DNA from: Podarcis bocagei | Taxonomy: Eukaryota | NCBI GenBank assembly: GCA_964188305.1 | Contig: OZ076904.1 | Strand: one strand, 5' to 3' | Length of the DNA stretch: 64,000 nt | In this document: positions 18,901 to 31,500 of the stretch, piece by piece | Numbering within the stretch: the first letter of the stretch is position 1 | Layout: each line of letters starts with the position of its first letter | Program-made: the position numbers and the translations under genes | The notes under the pieces: model-generated | Seen by the model: only the letters and a program-made list of their open reading frames with translations | Database searches by the model: none | What the model was told of the DNA's origin: nothing

Positions 18901-21900
18901 GAGATGATGAATGTCAGAGAGTCATTACAGTGGTACTTCAGGTTAAGAACTTAATTCGTTTTGGAGGTCTGTTCTTAACTTGAAACTTCTTAACCTGAGG
19001 TACCACTTTAGCTAATGGGGCCTTCCGCTGCCCCCGCACGATTTCTGTTCTCATCCTGAAGCAAAGTTCTTAACCCCAGGTACTATTTCTGGGTTACCAG
19101 AGTCTGTAACCTGCAGCATCTGTAACCTGAAGCATCTGTAACCCGAGGTACCACTGTACTTAGAGGAATTGACTCAATTTATTCTGACTAACAGGCTATG
19201 ATGATAGTAAATAATGTAATAACAGAAAAAATCAAAATAATGAAAGCAAAAAGACAGGGATATCCCCAGTCACCATTATTATTTTAGTTTTAGAGACCCT
19301 GGTCAGATGTAGAAGATCAGATGAAGAAATAAAAGGGATAACAGTAGGTTAAAGGTAAAGGTAAAGGGACCCCTGAACATTAGGTCCAGTCATGACCGAC
19401 TCTAGGGTTGTGGCGCTCATCTTGCTTTATTGGTCAAGGGAGCCAGCGTACAGCTTCCGGATCATGTGGCCATGACTAAGCTGCTTCTGGCGAACTAGAG
19501 CAGCGCACGGAAAAGCCGTTTACCTTCCCGCCAGAGTGGTACCTATTTATCTACTTGCACTTTGACGTGCTTTCGAACTGCTAGGTTGGCAGGAGCAGGG
19601 ACTGAGCAATGGGAGCTCACCCCGCCGTGGGGATTTGAACCGCCGACCTTCCGATCGGCAAGTCCTAGGCTCTGTCGATTAACCCACAGCGCCACCCGCG
19701 TCCAAACAGTAGGTTACAAAGCATATGAACTCAAGGCCTTTGCAGATGACTATGTGGTAACTGTAGAAGACCCCATGGCTAGCCAACCAAGGGTCTTGAA
19801 CAGATTCTCAAGTTGGAGAAGTAGCAGGTTTTAAACTAAATAAAGGTAGAACGAAAGTATTGGTGGAAAATGTGACAGAAGTGATGATTGAGAAGAAAGT
19901 TTAATATTTAGGAGTATGGATAACAGATACGAACATAAATATTTTTAAGAATAAGTATACAGGAATTGGAAATAAATGAAAAAAAGCTTAAATAAAAAAC
20001 ATATATAAAATAGAGATATCTGGAGGGTGGCAGCACGACAACAGGACTTTTCTGTGGTGGCTCCTCGCTTGGGGGATGTTCTCCCAGAGAGGCTCCCTGG
20101 ACACCTTTGTGACAAATCTTTAGGTGCCAGGCGAGAAAGTTATTCTGTAACCAGGATTTGGGTGGATAAAACCATCTCTGGGCATTTTAATGTGCTTTTG
20201 GTTTGCTTGTTTTCTTTCTTTCATTTGCTTTTTCTGTTCTCATTTTGTATTTTTATTCTGCAAACCACCCTCTGATCTTCAGATGAAAGTTGATATATAA
20301 ACAGAATAATACTAATATTATTACTACAGACCCTCCAAAGGTCAAAATGGCACCCAGTTGAGAGGTGCTGGAGCTGAGTTCCAGCGAGTTCCCCCTGAAG
20401 AAAGCCCTGGGTATAAATAGTAAAATGATCTTTATGGGATGGGACATCCCTATTTTCACCGGAGACATGTTGGAAGGTCAGCTACTATTACTAATACTAA
20501 CTATGATATTTTACATGTCTATCCCCAGTCAAGATCAGCATCTGTGTGGACTGCAGTTTGCAAAAGGGGGAAGGAAATACCTGCCACGGCTGTAGCCTTT
20601 GGGGTCCCCATTGCTCTCCTTCCTCCACCATCAGCCTCCTCTGGGATCTCGATGAAAGCGAAGCATGCAAGGCCTGAGCCACAGCCTGAACATTGATGTA
20701 AGTGCTATAGCTATCTAGAGACAGGATTGTCTCACAAACCCTTTGGGACACCATCTCCATTTCCTCCTCCTCTTTGCATCTTCTCCGGCCTTTCACAGAC
20801 AACAGATGCTTTGAATATGAACACTGATAAGCTTCATCCAAAAAATCTCCAAGAAGATTGGACTGCGATTTATATTTCTCACCTTTGCTGCTCCTTATTC
20901 CAGTCTGAATTTCAAAGGACAGAGAACCATGGAGGTGCTGGAATATATTTGGAGGGAAGTAAAAGCCAATTCTGATTTCTAGCAAAGCTGTTGTGATCCA
21001 GACTTTCGCGCCTATTTCCTTCTCATAGATATTGTTTATTGCCATGAGTATTATGATAACATGTGCATTGGTTATATAGGAAAGAAATACCCCAACTTGT
21101 CTCCATAGGAAAAATGGTTCCCCAGGTGTTATAAATTCATCAAAATAACTTTCTGGTACTCTTTTTGATAAAGCAATGCAGATCCCTTTGCTGAGCATCA
21201 GAGGTTTCACAGCGCTCACAAATCTTTCTCCACTGTCATTGTCTGGAGTGAAGAGGCCAATCCACGTCCATCCAAAATGCAGGAGCAATTCAACAATCCC
21301 CTGGTACTGACTTTCCTCTTTGGGACTCATCCGGTAGACAAAAGGGAACAGGGTTTTACCTTCGAGAAACTGGACAGTAAAACCATGACTGATCTAGCAA
21401 GGAAAGCAAAAGACCAGCAATTTACTTTAATTTCAGCATAACAGATATTTAATTATCTGTAATGACTGATATCGAAATCTCTGCTGGCTGACGCTGATGG
21501 GAGTTTTAGTCTGAAACATCTGGAGGTGACAAGATGGTGAAGGCTCAGTTTTGAAAAAGGGATGTAGGATCCATAGCTCAGGATTTCCCCATTTTTAAAA
21601 ATATCCCTACTTGACCCCTCCAAAGAGAAAATAGAATCTTATGGAGTTGAAATTCTTTGTCCCTCCATGCTCTCCCACTAGTTAGTTACCTGTGGGATTT
21701 TATAGATGCCTGACAAGGCTGAAATCACTCTTGAGATGACAGTATTGCCTCTTTCAAGAACAGCCAGCAGGGGATTCTGTTCTCCACAGTGATAATTGGG
21801 AATATTGCATCCACTGCCTGCAAGCAGCTCTAGCATGGCGTCCGAAGTCATCCCTGCATCTAAATAGTTCTCATAGATGTTGTAGCCCAGGGTGATGTTG

Positions 21901-23363
21901 GGTAAGATCCTGAGATCCTGGTTGATCTCTTGGATGGTGAACAGGAAAGACAACATGTACCAGTCAAACCTAGTTGACTTCCTGCAATAAATGAATCCTT
22001 TAAAAAGAGTGAAACTGATATTCATATTAATGGGAGGAAGGAAACATTANNNNNNNNNNNNNNNNNNNNNNNNNNNNNNNNNNNNNNNNNNNNNNNNNNN
22101 NNNNNNNNNNNNNNNNNNNNNNNNNNNNNNNNNNNNNNNNNNNNNNNNNNNNNNNNNNNNNNNNNNNNNNNNNNNNNNNNNNNNNNCCTTTTCCTGTCTA
22201 GCATTGAACAAAATTTTGGAGACCTCTGCTCCATGACAGGAACTTTGATGCAAACAGCACACAGAGCTGTTCAACAGTGGAACAGACTCCCTCCGAAGGT
22301 GACCATGTGTCATGGATGCTTCAGGTGTGATACCTCCGGGTCCCTTCCATCTCTACAACTCTGTGATTCTATTCTACTGTGGTTCTATGAGTAAGCAATG
22401 AAGGTGCCCCTCAACATTTGAGATATACTGGGAAGCTGCTCCCTAGGTTGCTTTTGCTGCAGTGGTCTTTGTCGCCTTCCAAGGTGCTAGACTACAGGTA
22501 GATAACAGACAATTTTATTGAAGGAGGGGAAGCACCAAATACCCCAGTCCCCTTTGACTTGGAAATGAGGCCTGTTGGCTTTCAGGTTTGAGTGTGTGGT
22601 AAAATTTATAATTTTGCTCATATTTTTCATCGCTGACTCCACCAGTGAGGACACCCCCTGGTCTGTATTATTTTATATAATTATTTTATTTGAAGCATAT
22701 CATTCCATGTGCAAAACTGTAGCATTCCTTAATGACAGTTTATGAATTGTCCAAAGGGAATAATATTGAATAAAACCTTTGAGCCTTGGAAATTCACTGA
22801 GTTTCATGGCATCCTGCAGGTGGGGAAATTCAGTGCATCCTTTTGAACCCCTACCAGATTTCTTGCATTCTTCTAAAAGCAACACAGAGGAATAGGCACA
22901 GGATTGTTTTACTTAGGAAGACAGAGGGAATAAGGAAATTGGAGAGGTTTGTGTGGAATCTTCTCCTGGACCCCCCAGCTCCCATCAGCCCAGGCCAGCA
23001 AGACCAATGGTCAGGACAGGGCAGTCCTGCAACATCAGCCCTTGGCTCCCCAGCCCTGAGATAGGGGCTCTTTCCTATCACAACCATTACAAGGACTGGA
23101 GGACCGTGAAACCCATCCGCATATGATTTTACATACACTTCCTTCCTGATGAAGGGTGTCTGAGTAAAGCTGTATGGAGTTCTCTCAAGAAGGCGTTTTG
23201 GAGAGATGATCCCACTGATGAGGAAATGTCCCGGCCGGTAGTAATTGCGAGCATCCGTTTCATCCCTGACCAGATTCAAGGGGCATTTTGCCTTGTGGTT
23301 CCCGCAGACTCCAAAGGGCATCATGAGCAGCAGAAGCAGCAACAGAAGGAGCAGGGATCTCAT
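15047..23363 (-). CDS. V2R-B: complete vomeronasal type-2 receptor, 861 aa (exons 23137-23363, 21690-21981, 20581-21393, 18194-18421, 16536-16662, 15047-15945)
   Basis: Exon lengths 227+292+813+228+127+899=2586, frame-consistent and all GT-AG; signal peptide, Venus flytrap, Cys-rich domain, class C 7TM ([31 protein letters not shown]). Confidence 0.93.
16536..16662 (-). CDS. V2R-B exon 5 (Cys-rich domain)
   Basis: [15 protein letters not shown]...[15 protein letters not shown], 127 nt. Confidence 0.92.
16723..17173. mobile_element. Non-autonomous hAT transposon (451 bp) in V2R-B intron 4
   Basis: TIRs cagcggcgtagcgtg / cacgctacaccactg; perfect 8-bp TSD TGGGTATG; absent from C, D and E. Confidence 0.88.
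18194..18421 (-). CDS. V2R-B exon 4
   Basis: [14 protein letters not shown]...EWNKKFNK, 228 nt. Confidence 0.92.
18928..19156. mobile_element. Tc1/mariner (Tigger-like) MITE nested in L1; also 31025-31221 and 61213-61427
   Basis: TA + cagtggtac...gtaccactg + TA. Confidence 0.85.
19352..19703 (-). mobile_element. Sauria SINE, full length, nested in L1
   Basis: tRNA-like head, (ACCTTT)n tail, 12-bp TSD AACAGTAGGTTA. Confidence 0.88.
20581..21393 (-). CDS. V2R-B exon 3 (Venus flytrap core)
   Basis: ISHGF...[32 protein letters not shown]...LQPWQ, 813 nt. Confidence 0.95.
21690..21981 (-). CDS. V2R-B exon 2
   Basis: 292 nt, V2R motifs. Confidence 0.93.
22050..22186. other. Assembly gap (137 N) in V2R-B intron 1
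   Basis: Run of N. Confidence 0.99.
23137..23363 (-). CDS. V2R-B exon 1
   Basis: MRS(L)10MMPFGVCG signal peptide, 227 nt. Confidence 0.88.
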
Positions 23364-26299
23364 TCTGGCTCTGCCTCCTCCTCCTCTTACCTGCCAAGGA
23401 GGCATAGCAGAAGAACCCAAAGACTCTTGCAAGGCCAGACTGCCTGGGCTTTCCCAATCTGGGTGGTTTTCAACTCTACCTTCGGAGCTAGGAAGCGCAA
23501 GGCAGGCACACTCTCTTTCGCCAGCTCTGCATCTTGACTCAGTCTGTCTCCAACACAGGAAAAATTCTCTGCACCAACTTTTTCAATTAATATTGCCATG
23601 CTGTTGTTGCTTTCCGAGGCTCATGCAATTTCCAGAAACATCTCCTGAGCTTTTAGAAGATGAGATCACTATAATTTCGACTATTCTAAGTGGAATAAGT
23701 TTCACCACAATAACTTTCTGGAGTCTTGAATGGCTCAAGCGGCAGGTGCAGAACTGGAGAAAAACACGTTGGACAGAAGTCAAGGGGTGTGCTTGGAAGT
23801 TGGAAGTTTGGCCTGAACTTTGCTCACAAGCACCAAAGAAGGAGCTGGATCCAACCATGGACTCTCCTTCCTTGGAGGTTTTGAAGCAGAGTTTGGATGG
23901 CCACCTGTTGGGATTCTTCAGCTGAGATTCCTGCATTGCAGAGGGTTTGACTAGAGGACCTTGGGGTCCCTTTCCAAGTCTCCCATTCTATGATTCATTG
24001 GAGGTTTTAAGAAGAGGTGGGAGAGTCAGGGATGGACAACAGCCAGATGAAGGAGTCCCAGCCTTGTATCCCAGGCATCCTAAGCCCTTTTAAAATGTGG
24101 AGGTTTGGGGGGGCATTATTGGCTTGTTGTTTTTATATTGATTATATATGTTGTGGTTTTATATTTTGAACTGCCTTGAGACCTCCAGGGGTAGGGCGAT
24201 ATATAGGTTCAGTACATCAATAAATAAAGGAATAAATATGAATAAATAAAAATCAATCAATGGAGAATGCTGAGAAATGCCATCCTCAGTACTGTCAATG
24301 GGATACATGGTGGTGGGATTTTGTTTCTTGGAGGCTGCCAGAGACAGAGACTGGTGGAGCCTGCGATGGGGAGGGATTTCTCAAGCCCACCCTCTGGCCG
24401 CTTTGGGTGGGTCTGGGCTGCTTGATTCCTGCCGCTCTCTTCTGGTTCTCCCCCTGAAGGGAAGTAGCGCCTTGGTGGCTTCGAAGCAACTTCAAGTGAA
24501 TTTCCATCCCATCTTTGAAAGGCTTCTCCAACAGAGGGAAGCTCTCTGGATTTGGTTGAGGGGAGAAATGTTGCTCTGAACTTTCCACTCTCCCTTCCCC
24601 TTTGACATGTTCTGCGGAAGGGGAGCTTCTGTTGCACATGGAGCCAACTTGCTCCTCGTCTTTGAGCAGAAACTTCTCTACTCATAAACAAATTGTCTGT
24701 GCACAAGCCAGGCTAGTATTCTAGCAGCTTTGTTATTCTTTATCAATTTATTTATTCTTCTTTATTTATTTACTTATTTAATCTGATTCATAAAATCCAG
24801 CAGCACTTGATTAGGCCAATAACCCCTAAAGCACTTTATTTTAAGATAAGCAGGACATTCAGAAAAAAGTTTGCAAAGTTACTTCAGAACATTAAAAAAG
24901 TGAAAATAACAAAACGGACTGAAATTGTATCAGCTTCCTAAGAATCTGGCTGGATGCTATATTTATTAATTTTTTTTAATTTTTTTTTATTAAGTCTCCA
25001 TAGATATTCCAAAACACTTAATTTTATAATGAATGATTTTAGAGTGTTGTTTGTGCTGTACTTTTGTACTGTTTATTGTTGTTAGCCACCCTGAGCCCGG
25101 CTTCGGCTGGGGAGGGCGGAATATAAATAAAATTTATTATTATTATTATTACCAGAGTTTTTTTTAAAAAAACAACTAAATACATAATTGCTTCTTGACT
25201 CCCCACCCCTCTTGATGTTTGTTTTATTACTCCTTTTTATCACCTGTTTTAAAAAACATGTTTAAGTTATCTAAGCCCCGAAGTCGTATATCAGTAATCC
25301 TCTGCTTATATTTCAAATCCTGCCTTGGACTTCATGTCTGGATGTTAGTATGACAGATAATATAACAATGGTCTCCATTCTTCCTTGAACCATTCTTCCT
25401 TATGTCCTCTTCGTTTAGCAGGGAATTTCTCCCTTTCCGCATCTTCCACCAGCTTCATCAGCCATTCCTCCTTGGGGGGGAATTCTACTTCTTTCCACTT
25501 CCGTCTGTATAAAGTCCTGGCTCTTGTGGTTGCATTCAGAAAACCTCACGAACCACCGGCCAGTTTCTCATCTCCCTTTCCTGAGGAATGTTCTGGAGCG
25601 AGCGGCCGCAGACCAGATCCAGGCGCTTTGGAAAGAAACTGGTTTTCTGGATCCGTTTCCAGTGGGGTTTCGGCCATGGGACCAAGAAGCAGCCCAGCAG
25701 GCTGGGAAGTGCTGGGACTGCGCCGTCCTTTGGGCCTAATCCTGTTCTCCAGGCCGGACTGCTGACTGCGGAGTCACTCTGGCCTGGGACTGGGCAGCCA
25801 TTGTGTCTCTGCCTTCTCTGTCAGGTTTCAGTCAGAGTCAGTCTGCCTCCGTTGTGAGCAGTGTGTCATCTCCGTCAAACTCTTTGGAACCATGTTGTTT
25901 AGGAAGAAGTTTATTTTAACTCAGTAAAGTCAATTAAAAACTCTGCATTAGTAGTTTACGCTGCGCGTCAGTTTAGGTCTGACGTCGTTTCCAGACGGTG
26001 TTAGTTGGGGAATGTTTTTCAGCTCCGGGAGCCTTGAATGTGGTGTTTACAGGGATCGATCCTATCCACAGGGCACTGGCTCCCGGTGGAGTACAGGATA
26101 ATAATCATAGTAGTAATACTAATAATAATTTATACCCTGCCCATCTGGCTGGGCTTCCCCAGCCACTCTGGGCAGCTTCCAAAAAAATATTAAAATACTG
26201 TAATACATCAAGCATTAAAAGCTTCCCTAAACAGGGCTGCCTTCAGATGTCTTCTAAAAATCTGGTAGTTGAATAATAATAATATGTAGGATAAGGTTA

Positions 26300-26790
26300 G
26301 GATGCTGGCTTAACCTTCAAAGCCCTATAGGGCCTAGGTCCCTCGTATCTACGGGGCCGCCTCTCCTGGTATGTCCCATGGAGGACCTTATGGTCTTCAA
26401 GCAAAAACATCTTGGAGGTCCCGGGCCACAGGGAGGTTAGGCTGGCCTCAACCAGAGCCAGGGCTTTTTCGGCTGTGGCCCCGATCTGGTGGAACGCTCT
26501 GTCCCAAGAGACTAGGGCCCTGCGGGACTTGACATCTTTCCGCAGGACCTGCAAGACGGAGCTGTTCAGCCAGGGCACAGTCGGACCCCCTCCTTTGGTC
26601 ATCCCCGCAGAACTGTAGCCCAATGGTTGCCATTAATTTGATTTTGAATTGATTTTAGAATGAATTGATTTTAGAATTCTGTGTTACTTTTATTGTTAGC
26701 CGCTCTTAGCCTAGGGGAGGGCAGGATATAAATAAAATCATCTTCTTCTTCTTCTTCTTCTTCTTCTTCTTCTTCTTCTTCTTCTTCTTC
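26300..26790 (+). mobile_element. L2-clade LINE 3' end with (TTC)n tail; duplicate at about 38260-38740
   Basis: RARAFSAVAPIWWNALS...FRRTCKTELF motif, 3'UTR, microsatellite tail. Confidence 0.75.
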
Positions 26791-27611
26791 CCCACATTGT
26801 TTAACATCTACATGAAGCCACTGGGTGTGGTTATCCGGAGGTTTGGAGTATGTTATCAGAATTATGCTGACAACACTCCGCTCTATTTCTCCTTCACATC
26901 TGCAGGGGAGGCAGTGGAAGTGCTGGACTTCCTTGGTCTTGTCTTGGTAATGGATTTCAAGTGGGGTTTAGGCCTGGTTTTGGCACAGAAACTGCTTTGG
27001 TCGTCCAGTATGGTGACCTCTGTTGAGAGAGAGAAACATATCCCTGATAATTCTTCTCAACGTCTCACCGGCTTTCAGTACCATTGAGCGAGGGGTGGGT
27101 GGCAGCGTTTGCGGTGGTTCCAGTCCTACTTGGATGGTCATTTCCAGACAGTGTTACTTGGGGAATGTTTTTCAGCTCCGGGAGCCTTGAATGTGGGGTT
27201 CCACAGGGCTGAATCCTATGCCCGCATTGTTTAACATCTACATAAAACCGCTTTTCAGTCAAGGCTTGGCTAAGGTCAGCTGCTACTCTTTGGAACAGGG
27301 AGCAGAGCTTAAGCGATACAGAAATTAAACCAACAGACTACAGAAGATAACTTAAATTAATTTCTCAGTTTATTGATATACAAAACTTAGGAGAACGAAA
27401 TGACATGAAGTGCACCTGTAAATGACACAGCATACAAAAGATTTCCACCCATCTTACTCTTCATGTCAACAGGACTACACAAAACCTGGGCTAAAAAGGA
27501 ACATAATCTCTTTCAGACGTGGAGAAGGAAGAACATGGATGAGCAGGTGTGTTTCCTTTATGTACTTCTGGAGATAGGGAACATGGAATATTTTAAGAAT
27601 CATATGTCCCC

Positions 27612-28510
27612 TTAATTTCTGGTTGTCAGGTGCTCCTTTGTGTTCAGATCAGGCCTCAGCACAATAATGTAGCACTTGGGAAGGAAGATGCAGCCCAGAA
27701 GCCCAGCACTGGAGGCCAACATAGAGAAGATCTGCACGGCCACCATGTACTTGCCCTTGGTGCTCAGGTAGGTGGGAACAAAAGAGACCCAAACACTGCA
27801 GAAGACCAGCATGCTGAAGGTGATCAGCTTGGCTTCGTTGAAGGAGCCAGGCAGCTTCCTGGCTAGGAAAGCCACCGTGAAGCAGGTGGCAGCCAAGAAG
27901 CCCAGGTAGCCGAGGGCAACGTAGAACATGGCCACAGACCCTTCGTTGCATTGCAGGATGATCTCCTCCACCTGGGAGCGCATGTCGGGCTCTGGGAATG
28001 GGGGAGAAGAGCCCAGCCAGATGGTGCAGATGAGAACTTGCCCCCCAGAACAGGAGATGACAATGGAGTTGGCCAGACTCTTGCCCAGCCATCTCCTCAC
28101 CCTGTTCCCGGGCTTTGTGGCCAGGAAGGCCAGCACCACCGTGATGGTCTTTGCCAAGACAGAAGAAACAGCAACTGAGAAGATGATGCTGAAGGCCGTT
28201 TGTCGGAGAAGGCAGGTCTGTTTCCTTGGGCGCCCGATGAAGAGGAAGGAGGACAGAAAGGAAAGCAGGAGGGAGACGAGGAGGATGTAGGAGAGGTCCC
28301 GGTTGTTGGCTTTGACTATGGGAGTTTCCTTGTATTTAATGAAGATTCCCAACACAATGCCTGCTGTTAAGGACAAGAATAGGACAAGAGAAGCTAACAC
28401 CATTCCCAAATATTCTTCATAAGCCAGGAAGATGATAATCTTGGGGACACATTGATCTCTGCCCTTGTTTGAATGTTGATCTTCTGAGCATTTGGTGCAA
28501 TGTTCTGCAT
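27612..28510 (-). CDS. V2R-C exon 6 (7TM)
   Basis: 899 nt, class C 7TM motifs. Confidence 0.95.
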
Positions 28511-31500
28511 CTGGGGAAGAGAAAAAGAATAGCTTACATCCCTAATGATCTGTGCTCTATTAAGATTGTGATCTAGGATCAACTGAGAGGCAGTGACCAC
28601 TCCACTTCTGTTAACTGCATTGTTTGGATCCTGCCTATTCCTCTTTGTCTGAACCTTTAAAATGCAGACATTGCTTCCATGCAATGTTTATAGCAGTGAG
28701 ATCAGAACGGTCCATAGATTATATTGTAATAATTTTCACATGAAGTATTTATTTTTATTGTGCTTTTGCTGTTAGTATTTTGCTGCTTTTCATCGTCTAT
28801 CCATTATTTTTGATAAGTGTCAACATTATTTCCTTTTTGTGTGGCTTGGTCTAAAAAATCAAAAAGGATTGCTTTGCGGTCATTCCTCTCACAGCTGCCC
28901 AGTTTGCACCCCAGATATTTCTTCCTTATGGTCATTCCTATCAACTCACTTCCTGGATGTAATAAAGGTGATTAATACTAAGGAAGTTGAGGAAGGATTC
29001 CCATTCCCCTATGTCTGCAGAATTCTCACAAAAAGTGTGTGAGACTGAATTTCTGTCCTGTGTTTACTCTCCAGGTATTTCTTCCCCCTTGGAATCACCC
29101 ACCTTCCCGAGCGGAGAAGGTCCCTTCTGCACACTGAGCACAAGCATAGCAGCAAATGGGCTTTCCTTCTAGGACCACCTTGGCATATCCAGGTCGACAT
29201 CTTTCTGTACACCTGGAATGGGGTACAGTCTAACCAGAAAGACAAGAAGGTGCAACAAAGAGGAACAGTTAGGAGTATTTGTGTGTATGTAATTCACTCA
29301 ACGCAATTCACTCAACGCAATGGTGGTAATCCCTGACAACTGGTCTTGCCAGCTCAGGATGATGGGAGCTGTAGTCCAAAGACAGCTGGGAACCCAAGTT
29401 TGGGAAACCTAGATCTACCCCAAGATTTGCAGTTGTGGCCCCCAATGAATCATTCAGGAAATCATCACAGCTCTACATCACATCATATAGAGGTTGGGGA
29501 GGGGTCTGTCTGGCAGGGAATCCTGAGAGATCCCAGTTGCCGTTTCCAGCAGCCAAGATCCCCAGTTGCCTGCCATCTCCCCATTCCCTTAATGCGGTCA
29601 GTTCTCTTTAGCTGCAGAACATGATCTCTGGAATGCAGCCTTGACCCCTCATCAGGGTCCTTTCAACCCCCCGCTGACCATTGGGGTGACCAGAATATCT
29701 TGTGCTTTAAATTGAGTTCAGTACAGCTGAGGTTTGAGCCACAGAACTCTGTTTCCTCTTCTCCATTTACCTGTTTCCCTTCTTAAAAGAACTTCTAAGC
29801 AAATGACAATGGGTCTGACATGTGATTCCCCCAAATTTCAGGATTCGAATAATCTCTCACACGGTTCATTCTCGTCTTTGTGTGTGTCAGAGAGAGAGAG
29901 AGAGAGAGAAAGCGCTTTGCTGTTCAATGCCCAACTGAAAGGAGAGTTGGGTTTTGGGGTTTTTTTTGCCAAATTGCCTTAATTCATTTTCCAAATTTCA
30001 CCATATCAACCACAAATTAAGACAAATTTAATACCTGTGAGCTTACTCACAAATTTAAAAAAATATACAACAAATCAGTAATTATCATTTGTAAAATAAA
30101 TTACTTTTCATCCTTCTGCATGTATGAAAGGTCAATATCCTTTATTTGAGCATCCCAAATTCCCCTCCTATCTCAGCTGCTGTAGAAAGAAGGCGTGCTG
30201 GTTCCAGCTGTTACTGGACAGTCACCCTGACATGGTCATTCTGCAGTGGTTGTTCAAGGAAGAGCACAATCAGGATCTCCTAGCCCCCTCCCCCAATTAT
30301 CCCCCCTACCTTATTAAATTTCCTGTTCCACTCAATGGCTTCTGGGTTAATGGTGAACTTTATGCCAGCAGATGCTCCTCTCCTTATATTTCCAATTTTC
30401 TCAATGACAGGATGCTTATTGGGAGAAATCGCCCAGTTCATAATATTGAAGTCCGTTGGCATCTCCCAGTTCTCATCCAAGCACAGTCTGCCCCTGGAAG
30501 TATTGAGACACCGGACTTCTCTCAAGAAAGGGTGAAGCTGGAATGGCAGGAGAAAGTGCCAGCATTAAGAAACTGGGAAGCTACAACAGGCAATTAATCA
30601 AGCCAAAATGGGGAAAACACCAGGGCCAGGGGGGCTATCAGCAAAGTACTATAAGAAATTACAAGATTATTTGGCACAACCCCTAAAAGATTTAAGATAC
30701 TTAGATTACGCTGATTCTGAAAAAAGATACAGATCTATTATCAGTCAATTATTATTAAATAATGACTATAAAATGTTTGCAGACCTATTGGCAAACGACA
30801 TGAAAGTGCTATTAATGGTTTTAATTCATCAGGACCAGGCTGGTTTTTTGCCAGGCCACCAGATGAAGGAGAATATAAGGAATATAATTGATATAATAGA
30901 ATATCTGGAGGTTAGAAATGATAAGCAAGGTTGATTTTTATAGACACATAGAAGGCCTTTGACCATTTTTTCATGGACTTCTACGAAGAAGACTATAGAG
31001 ATGATGAAATTCAGAGAGTCATTACAGTGGTACCTCAGGTTAAGAACTTAAATTGTTCTGGAGGTCCATTCTTAACCTGACACTGTTCTTAACCTGAGGT
31101 ACCACTTTAGCTAATGGGGCGATTTCTGTTCTCATCCTGAAGCAAAGTTCTTAACCCCAGGTACTATTTCTGGGTTGCCATGGTCTGTAACCTGAAGCGT
31201 CTGTAACCCGAGGTACCACTGTACTTAGAGGAATTGACTCAATTTATTCTGACTATCAGGCTATGATGATAGTAAACAACGTAATAACAGAAAAATTCAA
31301 AATAATGAAAGGGACAAGACAGGGATATCCTCAGTCACCATTATTATTTTAGTTTTAGAGACCCTATAAAGCTCATCTCGCTTTATTGGCCGAGGGAGCC
31401 GGCGTCCAGCTTCCGGGTCATGTGGCCAGCATGACTAAGCCGCTTCTGGCGAACCAGAGCTGCGCACGGAAACGCCGTTTACCTTCCCGCCAGAGCAGTA

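Larger units (their letters stand above)
18462..20010 (+). mobile_element. Degraded L1 ORF2 (RT) in V2R-B intron 3; equivalent copies in C (about 30580-31960) and E (about 60330-61890, -)
   Basis: [35 protein letters not shown] and KAFADD motifs with stops and frameshifts. Confidence 0.85.
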
